In this document: positions 29,817 through 38,866 of the stretch, piece by piece
How positions within the stretch are numbered: the stretch's first letter is position 1
Layout of the letters: each line of letters begins with the position of its first letter
NCBI GenBank assembly: GCA_021776245.1
Contig: JAJFGF010000037.1
Coordinates: 8,945 to 72,944 of the forward strand
Direction of reading: 5' to 3'
DNA length: 64,000 nt
Source: Hyphococcus sp.
Lineage (GTDB): Bacteria > Pseudomonadota > Alphaproteobacteria > Caulobacterales > Parvularculaceae
Translations under genes and position numbers: made by a program
The notes under the pieces: model-generated
Told to the model about the DNA's origin: nothing
Seen by the model: the letters and a program-made list of their open reading frames with translations, nothing else
Database searches by the model: none

Positions 29817-30352
29817 GGCGTTTCCAATGCGGCGCGATGGCGCGCGGCTTCTTCTACATAATGACCGGCGCCGATCAGCGCCATTTTGTCTTCCCCCTCG
29901 CGAAGGTCGCGAAATTTGCGCGCGGGCATGCCAGCCCACATTTCGCCCGCAGGGACAATCTTTTTGGGACTTAAAAAGGCGCCGGCGGCCAGCATGCCGC
30001 CTGTTCGAACCACCGAACCGTCCAGCATCGTCGCATTCATGCCAACAAAACCGCCATCTTCGACGGTCGCTCCATGCAGCATGCATTTGTGGCCGACGAG
30101 CACATTCTCGCCGATCAGCGTCGGGAGCCCGCCCCAATCGGGATTGTCCACATGGATGATTGTGCCATCCTGAACATTCGATCCCTTGCCGACAACGATT
30201 TTGTTTTCATCGCCGCGCAACACACAAGCATACCAAACCGACGCGTTTTCATGCACTTCCACATCGCCGGCGATGACAGCGCCCGGAGCGATAAAGGCGC
30301 TCTCATGGATTCTCGGTTTTTTGTCGCCAATGGCGAAGATGAGCGGTTTCAT
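29813..30352 (-). CDS. gamma-carbonic anhydrase-like hexapeptide-repeat protein
   Basis: 179-aa left-handed beta-helix protein: FIAPGAVIAGDVEV ... VLRGD ... IGENVLVGHKCMLHG. Confidence 0.85.
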   Translation of the reverse strand: MKPLIFAIGDKKPRIHESAFIAPGAVIAGDVEVHENASVWYACVLRGDENKIVVGKGSNVQDGTIIHVDNPDWGGLPTLIGENVLVGHKCMLHGATVEDGGFVGMNATMLDGSVVRTGGMLAAGAFLSPKKIVPAGEMWAGMPARKFRDLREGEDKMALIGAGHYVEEAARHRAALETP

Positions 30353-30354
30353 GT

Positions 30355-30996
30355 CTATCCTTTTACCGCATCCGGTTGATTCATTGGATGGGCCTTTTCA
30401 AAGGCCGGCAGCGCAATGCAGCGTTCATAAACTTCATTGAGCCGAGTGAGGCCCGATAAATCAATGCCGAAACGCAGCGCCGCGAACCATTGCGGCACAA
30501 GGCAAGCATCGGCAATGGTCGGTGTATCGCCAACGCAATAATCGCCGCCTGTTTCTGCCGTCATTTTCTCGACCGCCGCCATGGCGCTGCCGGGCCAGCG
30601 ATTGAGCCAGCTGTTAACCGCAATGTCGTCAAGCGAGGCTTCTTCTTTTAAATATTTCTGGATACGCAAGTTCATTAAAGGCTGCGCTTCGCAAGCGATC
30701 GTCGCAGCAATGGCGCGCGCCTTTGCGCGAGCGATGGGATCGCATGGCAGGATCGATGGATCGGGAAATGCTTCCTCGAGATATTCCATAATCGCGAGGG
30801 ACTGGTTGAGCGCCGCCCCGTCGTCCGTAATCAGGATCGGCACAAGTCCATTTGGGTTTTTGGCGAGATAGGCGGGGCTCTTTTGTTCGCCTTTCAAAAG
30901 ATTGACCGGCTCATAGTCGTAATCAATGCCTTTGAGCGCCATCGCGATGCGCACCCGGTAGGTCGCGCTCGACCGCCAATATCCATAAAGCTTCAT
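30355..30996 (-). CDS. maiA: maleylacetoacetate isomerase (GST zeta)
   Basis: Starts MKLYGYWRSSATYRVRIAMALKG. GST fold, in a tyrosine-catabolism context. Confidence 0.9.
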   Translation of the reverse strand: MKLYGYWRSSATYRVRIAMALKGIDYDYEPVNLLKGEQKSPAYLAKNPNGLVPILITDDGAALNQSLAIMEYLEEAFPDPSILPCDPIARAKARAIAATIACEAQPLMNLRIQKYLKEEASLDDIAVNSWLNRWPGSAMAAVEKMTAETGGDYCVGDTPTIADACLVPQWFAALRFGIDLSGLTRLNEVYERCIALPAFEKAHPMNQPDAVKG

Positions 30997-31104
30997 CGGC
31001 TGATCCTCTGATCGATAAAATTCTAATCAAACTTATGGTGCATTCTTCTCGAATATTCCAATCCATAGGGCCATGGTCAGCGTAGTATAAAAAGGGTTCA
31101 CGCA

Positions 31105-31452
31105 ATGCTGGCGGAAAAACAGGTTGAATTGGAAGAAACCGGCGGCGCATTGGCGCCAACGAGCGATCAGGACCTTGCCTGGGCGAAGGAAAATCTTCGC
31201 TGGTCGAACGAGCAACCATTATCGGACCTGGCCAATGTCTTGCGCGTTCTTGAACGACATCCAGAATTCAAAGGCCGCTACATCTATAATGAAACGCTCA
31301 ACAAAGTGCTCGACAAGGGCGCCTTGATGCTCGAATGGCGGATCAGCGAATGTTGTGCGGTCATTCAGGAACGCTTTATCCCCGAGATTGCCGAAAATAC
31401 GGTCAATAACGCCCTGGTCATCTGCGCCAACCGCAACGGCACGCGAAAATAA
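31105..31452 (+). CDS. stand-alone fragment resembling the N-terminal region of VirE / P4-type primase-helicase proteins
   Basis: 115-aa ORF. LANVLRVLERHPEFKGRYIYNETLNKV ... W ... VIQERF ... VNNALVICANRN resembles, from memory, the non-catalytic N-terminus of phage or plasmid VirE-family proteins. No P-loop domain follows. Confidence 0.4.
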   Translation: MLAEKQVELEETGGALAPTSDQDLAWAKENLRWSNEQPLSDLANVLRVLERHPEFKGRYIYNETLNKVLDKGALMLEWRISECCAVIQERFIPEIAENTVNNALVICANRNGTRK

Positions 31453-31510
31453 CGCCAAATCAATGCCTTAAAGGCGATCTAAAGAATCCGCATCACTGCG
31501 ATTGAACTGC

Positions 31511-31532
31511 ATTAGTAACATATGTTACTAAT
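31511..31532. promoter_or_regulatory. perfect 22-bp palindromic operator candidate upstream of hppD
   Basis: ATTAGTAACAT|ATGTTACTAAT is exactly self-complementary and ends 77 nt upstream of the hppD ATG. Confidence 0.55.
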
Positions 31533-31608
31533 TTGCCGGGCCAGCCGGATATTTTCGTTGGCGTGAAATGACGGGCGCGATTCGGCGGCCCTGCTGGGAG
31601 ACGATGAA

Positions 31609-32676
31609 ATGGCAGATCTCTTTGAAAATCCAATCGGCACTGACGGTTTTGAATTCGTTGAATATACGAGCGCCAATCCGGATGAGCTTGCGGCGCTGTT
31701 TGAACAGTTGGGTTTTACCGCGGTCGGCAAGCATCGTTCCAAAGACGTCATTCATTACCGTCAGGGCGACATCAATTTTCTGTTGAACCGCGAGCAGTCC
31801 GGTCAGCCTGAAGTCTTTCGTAATCAACATGGCGCTGGCGCCAATGCGATGGCGTTTCGCGTCAAGGACGCGGCGCATGCATTCGCCGAAGCTGTAAAAC
31901 GCGGCGCCACGCCGATTGAAGCCAAGGCCGGCCCGATGGAACTCAATATTCCCGCGATCGAAGGTATCGGCGGGCTTCATGTTTATCTTGTCGACCGATA
32001 TGGCGCGAAGTCGATTTACGATATCGATTTTCAGCCGATTGAGGGCGCTGATCCTTCAACCAACGGCGCCGGGCTTACCTATATTGATCACCTTACGCAC
32101 AATCTTCATCGCGGCAACATGGACAAATGGGCGGCCTATTACGAGGATATCTTCAACTTCCGCGAAATTCGGTATTTCGATATCGAGGGTAAGCTGACGG
32201 GCCTTGTCTCGAAAGCAATGACCAGCCCATGCGGAAAAATTCGTATACCGCTCAATGAAAGCCGAGATGACAAATCCCAGATCGAGGAATTCCTTGAACG
32301 CTATAATGGCGAAGGTATTCAGCACATCGCCCTCGGCGCCGACGACATATATTCAACGGTGGAAGGTTTGCGAGGCCGCGATGTGCCGTTTCAGGATACG
32401 CCGGGCACTTATTACGAAAAAGTCGGCGAGCGGATCGGCGATCATGGAGAGGATCTGCCGCGGCTGCAAAAAAATTCTATCCTCATCGATGGCGCCCCAA
32501 CGCAAGGCCAGGGGCTCCTATTACAGATATTTACGCAGGACGCCATCGGCCCGATCTTTTTTGAAATCATTCAGCGGAAAGGCAATGAGGGTTTCGGCGA
32601 GGGTAATTTCAAAGCGTTGTTTGAATCGATCGAAGAAGACCAAATTCGCCGCGGCGTGTTGACAGAAACAGCCTGA
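31609..32676 (+). CDS. hppD: 4-hydroxyphenylpyruvate dioxygenase
   Basis: 355-aa ORF with NPIGTDGFEFVEY, GIQHIAL and FFEIIQRKG ... GFGEGNFKALFESIE. Confidence 0.95.
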   Translation: MADLFENPIGTDGFEFVEYTSANPDELAALFEQLGFTAVGKHRSKDVIHYRQGDINFLLNREQSGQPEVFRNQHGAGANAMAFRVKDAAHAFAEAVKRGATPIEAKAGPMELNIPAIEGIGGLHVYLVDRYGAKSIYDIDFQPIEGADPSTNGAGLTYIDHLTHNLHRGNMDKWAAYYEDIFNFREIRYFDIEGKLTGLVSKAMTSPCGKIRIPLNESRDDKSQIEEFLERYNGEGIQHIALGADDIYSTVEGLRGRDVPFQDTPGTYYEKVGERIGDHGEDLPRLQKNSILIDGAPTQGQGLLLQIFTQDAIGPIFFEIIQRKGNEGFGEGNFKALFESIEEDQIRRGVLTETA

Positions 32677-32686
32677 GGCGCTGAAG

Positions 32687-33157
32687 ATGTCTGTTGCGTC
32701 TCCTTCAAACTCGGCAAAACAGCGCTCGCTCATACTTGACCGGTTCGCGCCTTATCGCATCGTCGCCCTCGGGCACGCAATTAGCGGTCGCCTGTCGCAA
32801 GTATATTCGAACGAAAACATCACCATTCCCGAATGGCGCGTCCTTGCGGTCATCAGTCAGGCAGACAGCCTTGCCGCGCGTGATGTGGTCGGCCGTACGC
32901 CAATGGACAAAATGACTGTGAGCCGGGCTGTCGCCAGCCTTGAAGCAAAAGACCTTGTCTCAAGAGCGCCAGATCAACATGACCGGCGCGTCAATATGCT
33001 GAGCCTTTCTGCGGCAGGGCGCGCGTTGTTCGACCGCATCGCAGCCTTGGCGCTGCAGTTTGAAGATGAATTGCTGGCGGCGTTGTCGCCGCGCGAATTG
33101 GCGGCCTTTGAAACAGCGCTGTTAAAGCTTGAGGCGCGCGCCAAGGCGGTCGGGTAG
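32687..33157 (+). CDS. MarR family transcriptional regulator
   Basis: 156-aa ORF with a winged HTH (ITIPEWRVLAVI ... ARDVVGRTPMDKMTVSRAVASLE ... DRR). Confidence 0.85.
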   Translation: MSVASPSNSAKQRSLILDRFAPYRIVALGHAISGRLSQVYSNENITIPEWRVLAVISQADSLAARDVVGRTPMDKMTVSRAVASLEAKDLVSRAPDQHDRRVNMLSLSAAGRALFDRIAALALQFEDELLAALSPRELAAFETALLKLEARAKAVG

Positions 33158-33207
33158 ACTTTTACCAGACTGCGCCTGCGTCGCATCCGACGGTCTGAGA
33201 GGCGCCC

Positions 33208-34161
33208 TTAGCAAAACCATTTTTTCAATTGCTCTGGCGTCATGTTGCTGCCGCAAAGAACAGTGCCGATGCGTTTGCCGCGCCAGCGGTCTTTGTTCGC
33301 CAAAAGTGCGGCGAGGCCGGCGGCGCCTGCTGGTTCAATCGCAAGGCCGAGATGCAGATGGATAAGACGCATCGCCTTTAGGATTGCCGCATCATCGACG
33401 GCAACCACTGAATTGACAGTCGATTGCATGCTTGTCAGCGCATAGTGAACTGGAATGCGGACGGCAATGCCGTCGGCAATGGTATCCGCGCTTGACGTCG
33501 TAATGATTTCGTTTTTTTCAAAAGAAAGCTTCATCGACGGTGCGCCTTCCGCCACAACGCAAATGATCTCGATCGCCGGATTGACGCTTTTAAACCATGC
33601 GCCAATGCCGGTCGCGAGCGATCCATTGCCGAGCGGGATAAGCATTATGTCGGGATTGGCGCCGCTCATGGTCATTTCAAGCGCAATCGTTCCCGCGCCC
33701 TCGGCAATGGATGGATCAGCGCCGTCTTCAATAAAAACCGCGCTCTGTTTTTTTGCATATTGTTTGGCCGCTGTTTTTGCTGCATCGAAGTCGGCGCCTT
33801 CAAGGCGAACTTCGGCGCCGAAGCGGCGCATGGCGTCAATTTTCACCAGATTGGCGTTTTCTGCAGCGAAAACGGTGGCTTTATGTCCGCGCTGGCGGCC
33901 CGCCCGCGCAATTCCCTGACCAAAATTTCCGGCAGATGCGCAGACGAGCTGATTGGGCGCATCAAGGCTGGCGAGAAAGAGATCAGCGCCGCGACCCTTA
34001 AAGGAACGGATCGGATTTAAACACTCAACTTTGAAGAGGACACTTGCATCGACCATTGCGTCGAGGCTGGTGTCACGGACAAGGGGAGAATTTAGATAGT
34101 CTGGATCGATTTTTGAAACCGCGTGTTCGATTTTGTTTGGATCGATTGGCCTCTCATTCAC
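33208..34161 (-). CDS. PLP-dependent (tryptophan synthase beta-fold) dehydratase-like enzyme
   Basis: 317-aa ORF with the PLP lysine in NPIRSFKGRGA. Confidence 0.8.
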   Translation of the reverse strand: MNERPIDPNKIEHAVSKIDPDYLNSPLVRDTSLDAMVDASVLFKVECLNPIRSFKGRGADLFLASLDAPNQLVCASAGNFGQGIARAGRQRGHKATVFAAENANLVKIDAMRRFGAEVRLEGADFDAAKTAAKQYAKKQSAVFIEDGADPSIAEGAGTIALEMTMSGANPDIMLIPLGNGSLATGIGAWFKSVNPAIEIICVVAEGAPSMKLSFEKNEIITTSSADTIADGIAVRIPVHYALTSMQSTVNSVVAVDDAAILKAMRLIHLHLGLAIEPAGAAGLAALLANKDRWRGKRIGTVLCGSNMTPEQLKKWFC

Positions 34162-34299
34162 GATTTCTTCTCCGGTAACGATTGCGGCTGCAATTGCGGC
34201 GCAGGCCTTCCCGATAATGACAGGCGCTAAAGGCTTCTATAAGGATAAGCTTTTGCGGGAAATAATTCGAGGGTGGCATTGGCGATATATTGGCGACGA

Positions 34300-35238
34300 A
34301 TGCGTGTGCTTTTCGCCGCGGCAGGCCTCGCGCTTGCTGGTTGTGTTACTTTTCCCGAGGCGCCGGATCCGATAGCGCCGCCGGTGCTCGCGGCCAATGT
34401 CCTGCAGGCTGAAGACGGCGCTTTGTTGAGCCTGCAAAGCTGGCGCGCGAAAAACCCGCGCGCTGTTGTCCTCGCGCTCCATGGAATGAATGATTATGCA
34501 AATGCTTTTGCCTTGCCGGCGGCCTGGTGGGCAAAGGAAGCCGAGCTCACGATCTATGCCCTCGACCAGCGCGGCTTCGGCCGGTCGCCCGCGTTTGGCT
34601 ATTGGGTCGGCGCCGATACGTTGATTGCTGACCTCAGGGCGGCTATTGCCGCCATCCGCGCCGCCCACCCTGATACGCCCCTTTATGTGCTGGGTCACAG
34701 TATGGGCGCAGCGGTTGTGATCACAGCGCAGGCACGCGGTGATCTTGGCGCCGATGGCCTAATTCTGGCGGCGCCCGGCGTATGGGGCGGACGCGCTATG
34801 CCGTTCCCTTACCGGCTGTCGCTCAATATCGCCGCGAGCATTGCACCCGGAAAAACCGCAACCGGTGAACGCGCCCGCCGTCAGGCGACAGATAATATCC
34901 CGATCCTGCGCGAAATGTTTGCCGATCCTCTGGTCATCAAGGAAACCCGCCTTGATGCGGCGCTCGGCGTGGTGCGCCTGATGGGCGAAGCCTATGGCAG
35001 TGCAGAAAAAATTGATGGCGACATTCTTTTTCTACTTGGCGAAAAGGATGAAATCATTCCTTTGAAAGCGATGGAAAGAACCGCCAGCCGTCTCAACCGC
35101 GGTGTTGACGTTCGCCGTTATGACGATGGCTGGCATTTGCTGTTTCGCGATCTGCAAGGAGAGGTTGTTTGGCGCGATGTCGCCGAGTGGATAAATGAGC
35201 GCACCGGCGGGACCCGCAACGCATCGGCGGGGCGCTGA
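34300..35238 (+). CDS. alpha/beta hydrolase (lysophospholipase-like) lipoprotein
   Basis: MRVLFAAAGLALAGC lipobox, nucleophile elbow GHSMGA, HG oxyanion motif LHGMNDY. Confidence 0.8.
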   Translation: MRVLFAAAGLALAGCVTFPEAPDPIAPPVLAANVLQAEDGALLSLQSWRAKNPRAVVLALHGMNDYANAFALPAAWWAKEAELTIYALDQRGFGRSPAFGYWVGADTLIADLRAAIAAIRAAHPDTPLYVLGHSMGAAVVITAQARGDLGADGLILAAPGVWGGRAMPFPYRLSLNIAASIAPGKTATGERARRQATDNIPILREMFADPLVIKETRLDAALGVVRLMGEAYGSAEKIDGDILFLLGEKDEIIPLKAMERTASRLNRGVDVRRYDDGWHLLFRDLQGEVVWRDVAEWINERTGGTRNASAGR

Positions 35239-35299
35239 ATTTAGGGTTGCTTTTTGGCAGGGGAAATGATGCGCCGCTCTTTTTGGAGCTTCCGATCAT

Positions 35300-35479
35300 T
35301 TGAGCTTGAACATCTTCGATTTAGTGCGCGGTGACTATGATAACGTTGTCTTTATGATCGGCGTGATGTTAGTTCCAACATTTCTGGGCGTTGCTATTTG
35401 TTTTGGCGCATACTCGGCAAACGAAGACGGGTATAATCTTACAAATGTGCTCGGATTCTGGTTTCTGGCTGCGCGGTAA
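35300..35479 (+). CDS. possible 59-aa small membrane protein (TTG start)
   Basis: Hand translation gives LSLNIFDLVRGDYDNVVFMIGVMLVPTFLGVAICFGAYSANEDGYNLTNVLGFWFLAAR, with one clear hydrophobic helix. It falls below the ORF-track length cutoff. Confidence 0.25.
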   Translation: MSLNIFDLVRGDYDNVVFMIGVMLVPTFLGVAICFGAYSANEDGYNLTNVLGFWFLAAR

Positions 35480-35650
35480 TGTCAACCATGGCCAATTGGT
35501 TTTCGATCCCCTTCAACTACGCGTCGGCAACCACGCCAACTTCACCCGTTACAGACAAAAATATAGCTGTTCGGCTTTTTTCACATGGATAAGCATTTTG
35601 CGAACCGCGGCGGCAAATTGATGGGCCTCGCGCCTGAACGCCGATTAAAC

Positions 35651-35698
35651 AAAAAACACCGCGGGCGCGATCAGGTTAGTCGTGCCCGCGGCGTTTTC
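35651..35698. terminator. bidirectional rho-independent terminator-like hairpin
   Basis: AAAAAA, then the stem CCGCGGGC (35659-35666) / GCCCGCGG (35684-35691), extendable by about 4 more pairs, then CGTTTTC. On the minus strand the stem is followed by TGTTTTTTGTTT. Confidence 0.6.
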
Positions 35699-35703
35699 AA
35701 TTC

Positions 35704-35744
35704 GCTAGCGCCGACACCGCAAAGTAAGCGCGCTAGTCTTTTTA
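35704..35744 (+). terminator. second, weaker terminator-like hairpin in tandem
   Basis: 7-bp stem CTAGCGC (35705-35711) / GCGCTAG (35730-35736), followed by TCTTTTTA. Confidence 0.35.
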
Positions 35745-35993
35745 CTTGGTCGCGGCGCCGTTGCTTCGGGCTGGCAAGGTGAGGGGGGAGCAAGACCCGA
35801 CGCATGGAGGGCGTGCAACATTGCCGCGACATGCAATTTATATGGGCATATCCTTAACGAAAGGTTGTGCTATTTATAGATTTCAACTTCAAGTTGTATT
35901 TCTATTATCACCCAATGGCGTGACAGCTGCCTTTTGTCTGAAACATTGTTGATCTTCGGCTTCAAGGTTCGATCGGGCGGCGTTCACGCTGAG

Positions 35994-36320
35994 TCATGTG
36001 GATGCGGTTTTCGCGATCCAGTCGAGAAAGCCGGCGCTCGATCCTTGGCGCAAGATCGGCAGGGCGGCGACGCAGGGCTCGTCATGGGGGTGAAGGGCGA
36101 TAATCTCGTCGCGCGCGGCCGGAGCAGCGGCGGCTGTTGTTTTAACAAAAAGCGGCGTTTCCAGTTTAAACTCAATTGCGCCGTCCCATTCATAAACGGA
36201 GCGCATTTCGCCATGGATATTGACGCAGGCCGCCAGTTTTTTATCGATCAGCGTTCGTGCAATGCGCGCCGCCGTTTCAGCATTCGGCGCTGTGACATAA
36301 AGAAAGACGATATTGCTCAT
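35994..36320 (-). CDS. cutA: divalent-cation tolerance protein CutA
   Basis: The internal start [35 protein letters not shown] gives a typical 108-aa CutA. Confidence 0.85.
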   Translation of the reverse strand: MSNIVFLYVTAPNAETAARIARTLIDKKLAACVNIHGEMRSVYEWDGAIEFKLETPLFVKTTAAAAPAARDEIIALHPHDEPCVAALPILRQGSSAGFLDWIAKTAST

Positions 36321-36396
36321 ATTGCGGGCTCCGCCGTCGCGCTCTAAAGAACCGGCCTTGACAAAGGCGCTGCAGCAAAAACTGCGCGCAGAGGCG

Positions 36397-37110
36397 ATGA
36401 TGCGCAAGCTTAATGACAAAAATGCTCTGGTGTTATTTTCCGGCGGGCAGGATTCGGCCATCAGCCTTGCCTGGGCGCTTGACCGTTTTCAGCATGTCGA
36501 GACCGTAGGGTTTGACTATGGCCAGCGCCATGCGATCGAACTCGGAGCGCGCCGCGCCGTGCGGCGGGCGATCAGGGAGGCGTTTGCGGACTGGGAAAAG
36601 CGTCTCGGTGAGGATTTGTTAATTGACGCAACCGGCATGCGGGATCTCGGTGAGACAGCGATGACCCATGAGACGGAAATTATGCTTGCCGATGACGGAT
36701 TGCCGACAACTTTCGTACCGGCGCGCAATCTAGTTTTCCTGACGCTGGCTGGAGCGCTCGCCTATCGCCGCGACGCCGGCGTTTTGGTCGCCGGAATGTG
36801 CGAGGCGGATTATTCGGGATATCCCGATTGCCGCGCCGCGACTTTGGCGGCGCAAATGGAGGCGTTGAGACTGGGGACGGAAACCGAGATGCGTCTTGAA
36901 ACGCCATTAATGACGATCACCAAGGCTGAAAGCTGGCGCCTCGCCGATCAACTCGGCGGCGCGGCGCTGGTCGATATCGTTAATGAGCACAGCCACACCT
37001 GCTATCGCGGCGTGCGCGCCGAGCGTCACGATTGGGGTTATGGCTGCGGCGACTGTCCGGCTTGTGTGTTACGTGCGCGCGGATGGGCTGGTTTTCGCAG
37101 TGGAGCTTGA
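36397..37110 (+). CDS. queC: 7-cyano-7-deazaguanine synthase
   Basis: [13 protein letters not shown]-loop and a C-terminal Cys cluster (CYRG ... CGDCPAC). The start was moved to the ATG at 36397 to avoid overlap with cutA. Confidence 0.93.
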   Translation: MMRKLNDKNALVLFSGGQDSAISLAWALDRFQHVETVGFDYGQRHAIELGARRAVRRAIREAFADWEKRLGEDLLIDATGMRDLGETAMTHETEIMLADDGLPTTFVPARNLVFLTLAGALAYRRDAGVLVAGMCEADYSGYPDCRAATLAAQMEALRLGTETEMRLETPLMTITKAESWRLADQLGGAALVDIVNEHSHTCYRGVRAERHDWGYGCGDCPACVLRARGWAGFRSGA

Positions 37111-37113
37111 GCG

Positions 37114-37746
37114 ATGAGTTATTCCGTGAAGGAATTGTTTTATACGTTGCAAGGCGAAGGCGCGCAAACTGGCCGTCCTGCAGTATTTTTACGTTTTTCC
37201 GGGTGCAATCTATGGAGCGGGCGCGAGCGCGATCGTGCGGGCGCTGTTTGCGATTTTTGCGACACCGATTTTGTCGGTGTTGACGGCCCTGGCGGCGGCA
37301 GATTTAAAGACGCCGAAGCACTTGCGGGCGCTGTCAGGGCCGGATGGCCTGACAATGGGGGCGATCCATTTGTCGTCTGCACTGGCGGCGAACCGCTGCT
37401 TCAACTCGATTCGGCGCTGATTGACGCTCTGCATGGCGAGGGGTTTAAGGTCGCAGTGGAAACCAATGGAACCGTTAAAGCGCCTTCGGGGATTGACTGG
37501 ATTTGTGTCTCGCCAAAGTCCGATGCGCCGGTCGTGCAGCGCCGGGGCGACGAGTTGAAGCTGGTCTTTCGGCAGGACAAGGCGCCGCCGGAAGAATTTG
37601 CAGCGCTTGAATTTGACTTTTTTTATTTGCAGCCTATGGACGGCCCCTCGCGGAAGGCGCATACCGCCGCCGCAATTGACTATTGTAAAGCCAACCCGCA
37701 ATGGCGCTTGAGCCTGCAGACACATAAAGTGTTGGGCATCGCTTAG
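37114..37746 (+). CDS. queE: 7-carboxy-7-deazaguanine synthase (radical SAM)
   Basis: ELFYTLQGEG and the cluster cysteines in FSGCNLWSG ... CDFCDTDF. Confidence 0.93.
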   Translation: MSYSVKELFYTLQGEGAQTGRPAVFLRFSGCNLWSGRERDRAGAVCDFCDTDFVGVDGPGGGRFKDAEALAGAVRAGWPDNGGDPFVVCTGGEPLLQLDSALIDALHGEGFKVAVETNGTVKAPSGIDWICVSPKSDAPVVQRRGDELKLVFRQDKAPPEEFAALEFDFFYLQPMDGPSRKAHTAAAIDYCKANPQWRLSLQTHKVLGIA

Positions 37747-37780
37747 GATCCGTCCGCGAAGTCGTGAGGAGCACCGTCCC

Positions 37781-38137
37781 ATGCGCATTGTAAAGTCGAT
37801 GAGTTTCGACGCCGCGCATTTTCTTGAGCACGACCCGGGCGCGCGTCCCTATGCGCGGATGCATGGTCATTCATTTTTGATGGAAGTTGAGATCGAAGGC
37901 GAACCTGCGGCGGATACAGGCTGGGTCGTCGATTTTGGCGACGTCTCGGAAGCCCTCGACCGCTTGCGCGAGACGCTTGATCATCGGCTTCTCAACGAAA
38001 TTGAAGGGCTGGAACGGCCGACGCTTGAAAATATCTGCCAGTGGGCGGCCAAAATGCTTTCGCCTGATTTTCCGGGGCTGCGCCGGATACGCGTGTCGCG
38101 ACCGTCGAATGGCGAGACCTGCATCTACGACGTTTAA
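37781..38137 (+). CDS. queD: 6-carboxytetrahydropterin synthase
   Basis: 118-aa ORF with FDAAHFL ... HGHSF. Confidence 0.93.
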   Translation: MRIVKSMSFDAAHFLEHDPGARPYARMHGHSFLMEVEIEGEPAADTGWVVDFGDVSEALDRLRETLDHRLLNEIEGLERPTLENICQWAAKMLSPDFPGLRRIRVSRPSNGETCIYDV

Positions 38138-38142
38138 TCGTT

Positions 38143-38799
38143 TTATTCTTTTTCGGAAGCGCTCATCCGCGCAATGAGATATTGCGCATCTCGGCAATAA
38201 CTCGCGGCCGCACGGTCACAACGCGAAAGCGCCTTGTCGAGTTGATCAAGCGTGTCATCTATTTCCTCATAAGCGGCAAAGGCGTCGCGCGGTGGTGACA
38301 GATTGAGGCCCTTGTCGCTTACATCAAGACACATCGGAGATACAGAATAGCGCGTTTTTCCGCCCAGAAGAACATCAAGATGGCGTTGGTTCTTGCCGAT
38401 TAGCACAACGGCGCGTGGATCAATTTTTTCCAACGACGCGTCGATTGAAAGGCGTAATTCGTCGTAGCTTTCCGCCAACATGGCGCGTCCGCTGACTTCT
38501 TCAATATTTTTTGCAGAAAGGGCAATTTCGCAACCCTGTTCGAGGATGTCGCGCACGCGATCAATCGCATAAAGAACGGTCTCGATGGCCGCGAGCGCAT
38601 TACGTACTGGCTCGTCGTGGTCCGGCCGGGGCCGATCAGCGATGGGGTTGGAGCTGCGCAAGGCGCGGTCAAGCCCGCCTGCGACATCCATCTCCGGCAG
38701 CTCGCTCTTGCCGACTTTATCCTGCTTTTTGTTGAACCACCCTGCCAGGGGGCTCTTTTTTGCAGCCTGAGGTTTGTTTACGGCAAAGACCACGCGCAC
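38143..38799 (-). CDS. hypothetical protein (helical, no family recognised)
   Basis: 218-aa ORF located between queD and the MoxR-type cluster. Codon usage looks native. Confidence 0.5.
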   Translation of the reverse strand: MRVVFAVNKPQAAKKSPLAGWFNKKQDKVGKSELPEMDVAGGLDRALRSSNPIADRPRPDHDEPVRNALAAIETVLYAIDRVRDILEQGCEIALSAKNIEEVSGRAMLAESYDELRLSIDASLEKIDPRAVVLIGKNQRHLDVLLGGKTRYSVSPMCLDVSDKGLNLSPPRDAFAAYEEIDDTLDQLDKALSRCDRAAASYCRDAQYLIARMSASEKE

Positions 38800-38866
38800 A
38801 GCTCCTTCATCCAGTTGGATCAGGCAAGCCTATCGTGCGCGTTTTGCGACGCCGTTAAACAATTGA

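Noticed and set aside
35955-35990. tRNA-like GGTTCGATC T-loop motif
   Set aside because: No matching T-stem, acceptor stem or anticodon arm can be drawn around it. I found no tRNA or rRNA genes anywhere in the window.
36321-36396. Possible preQ1 riboswitch in front of queC
   Set aside because: The 76-nt cutA/queC divergent spacer shows neither the preQ1-I hairpin with its A-rich tail nor a preQ1-II-like motif.
36313-36396. Longer queC start (track ORF begins at 36313)
   Set aside because: It would overlap the cutA start codon region. The added residues are not QueC-like, and the ATG at 36397 gives a normal-length protein.
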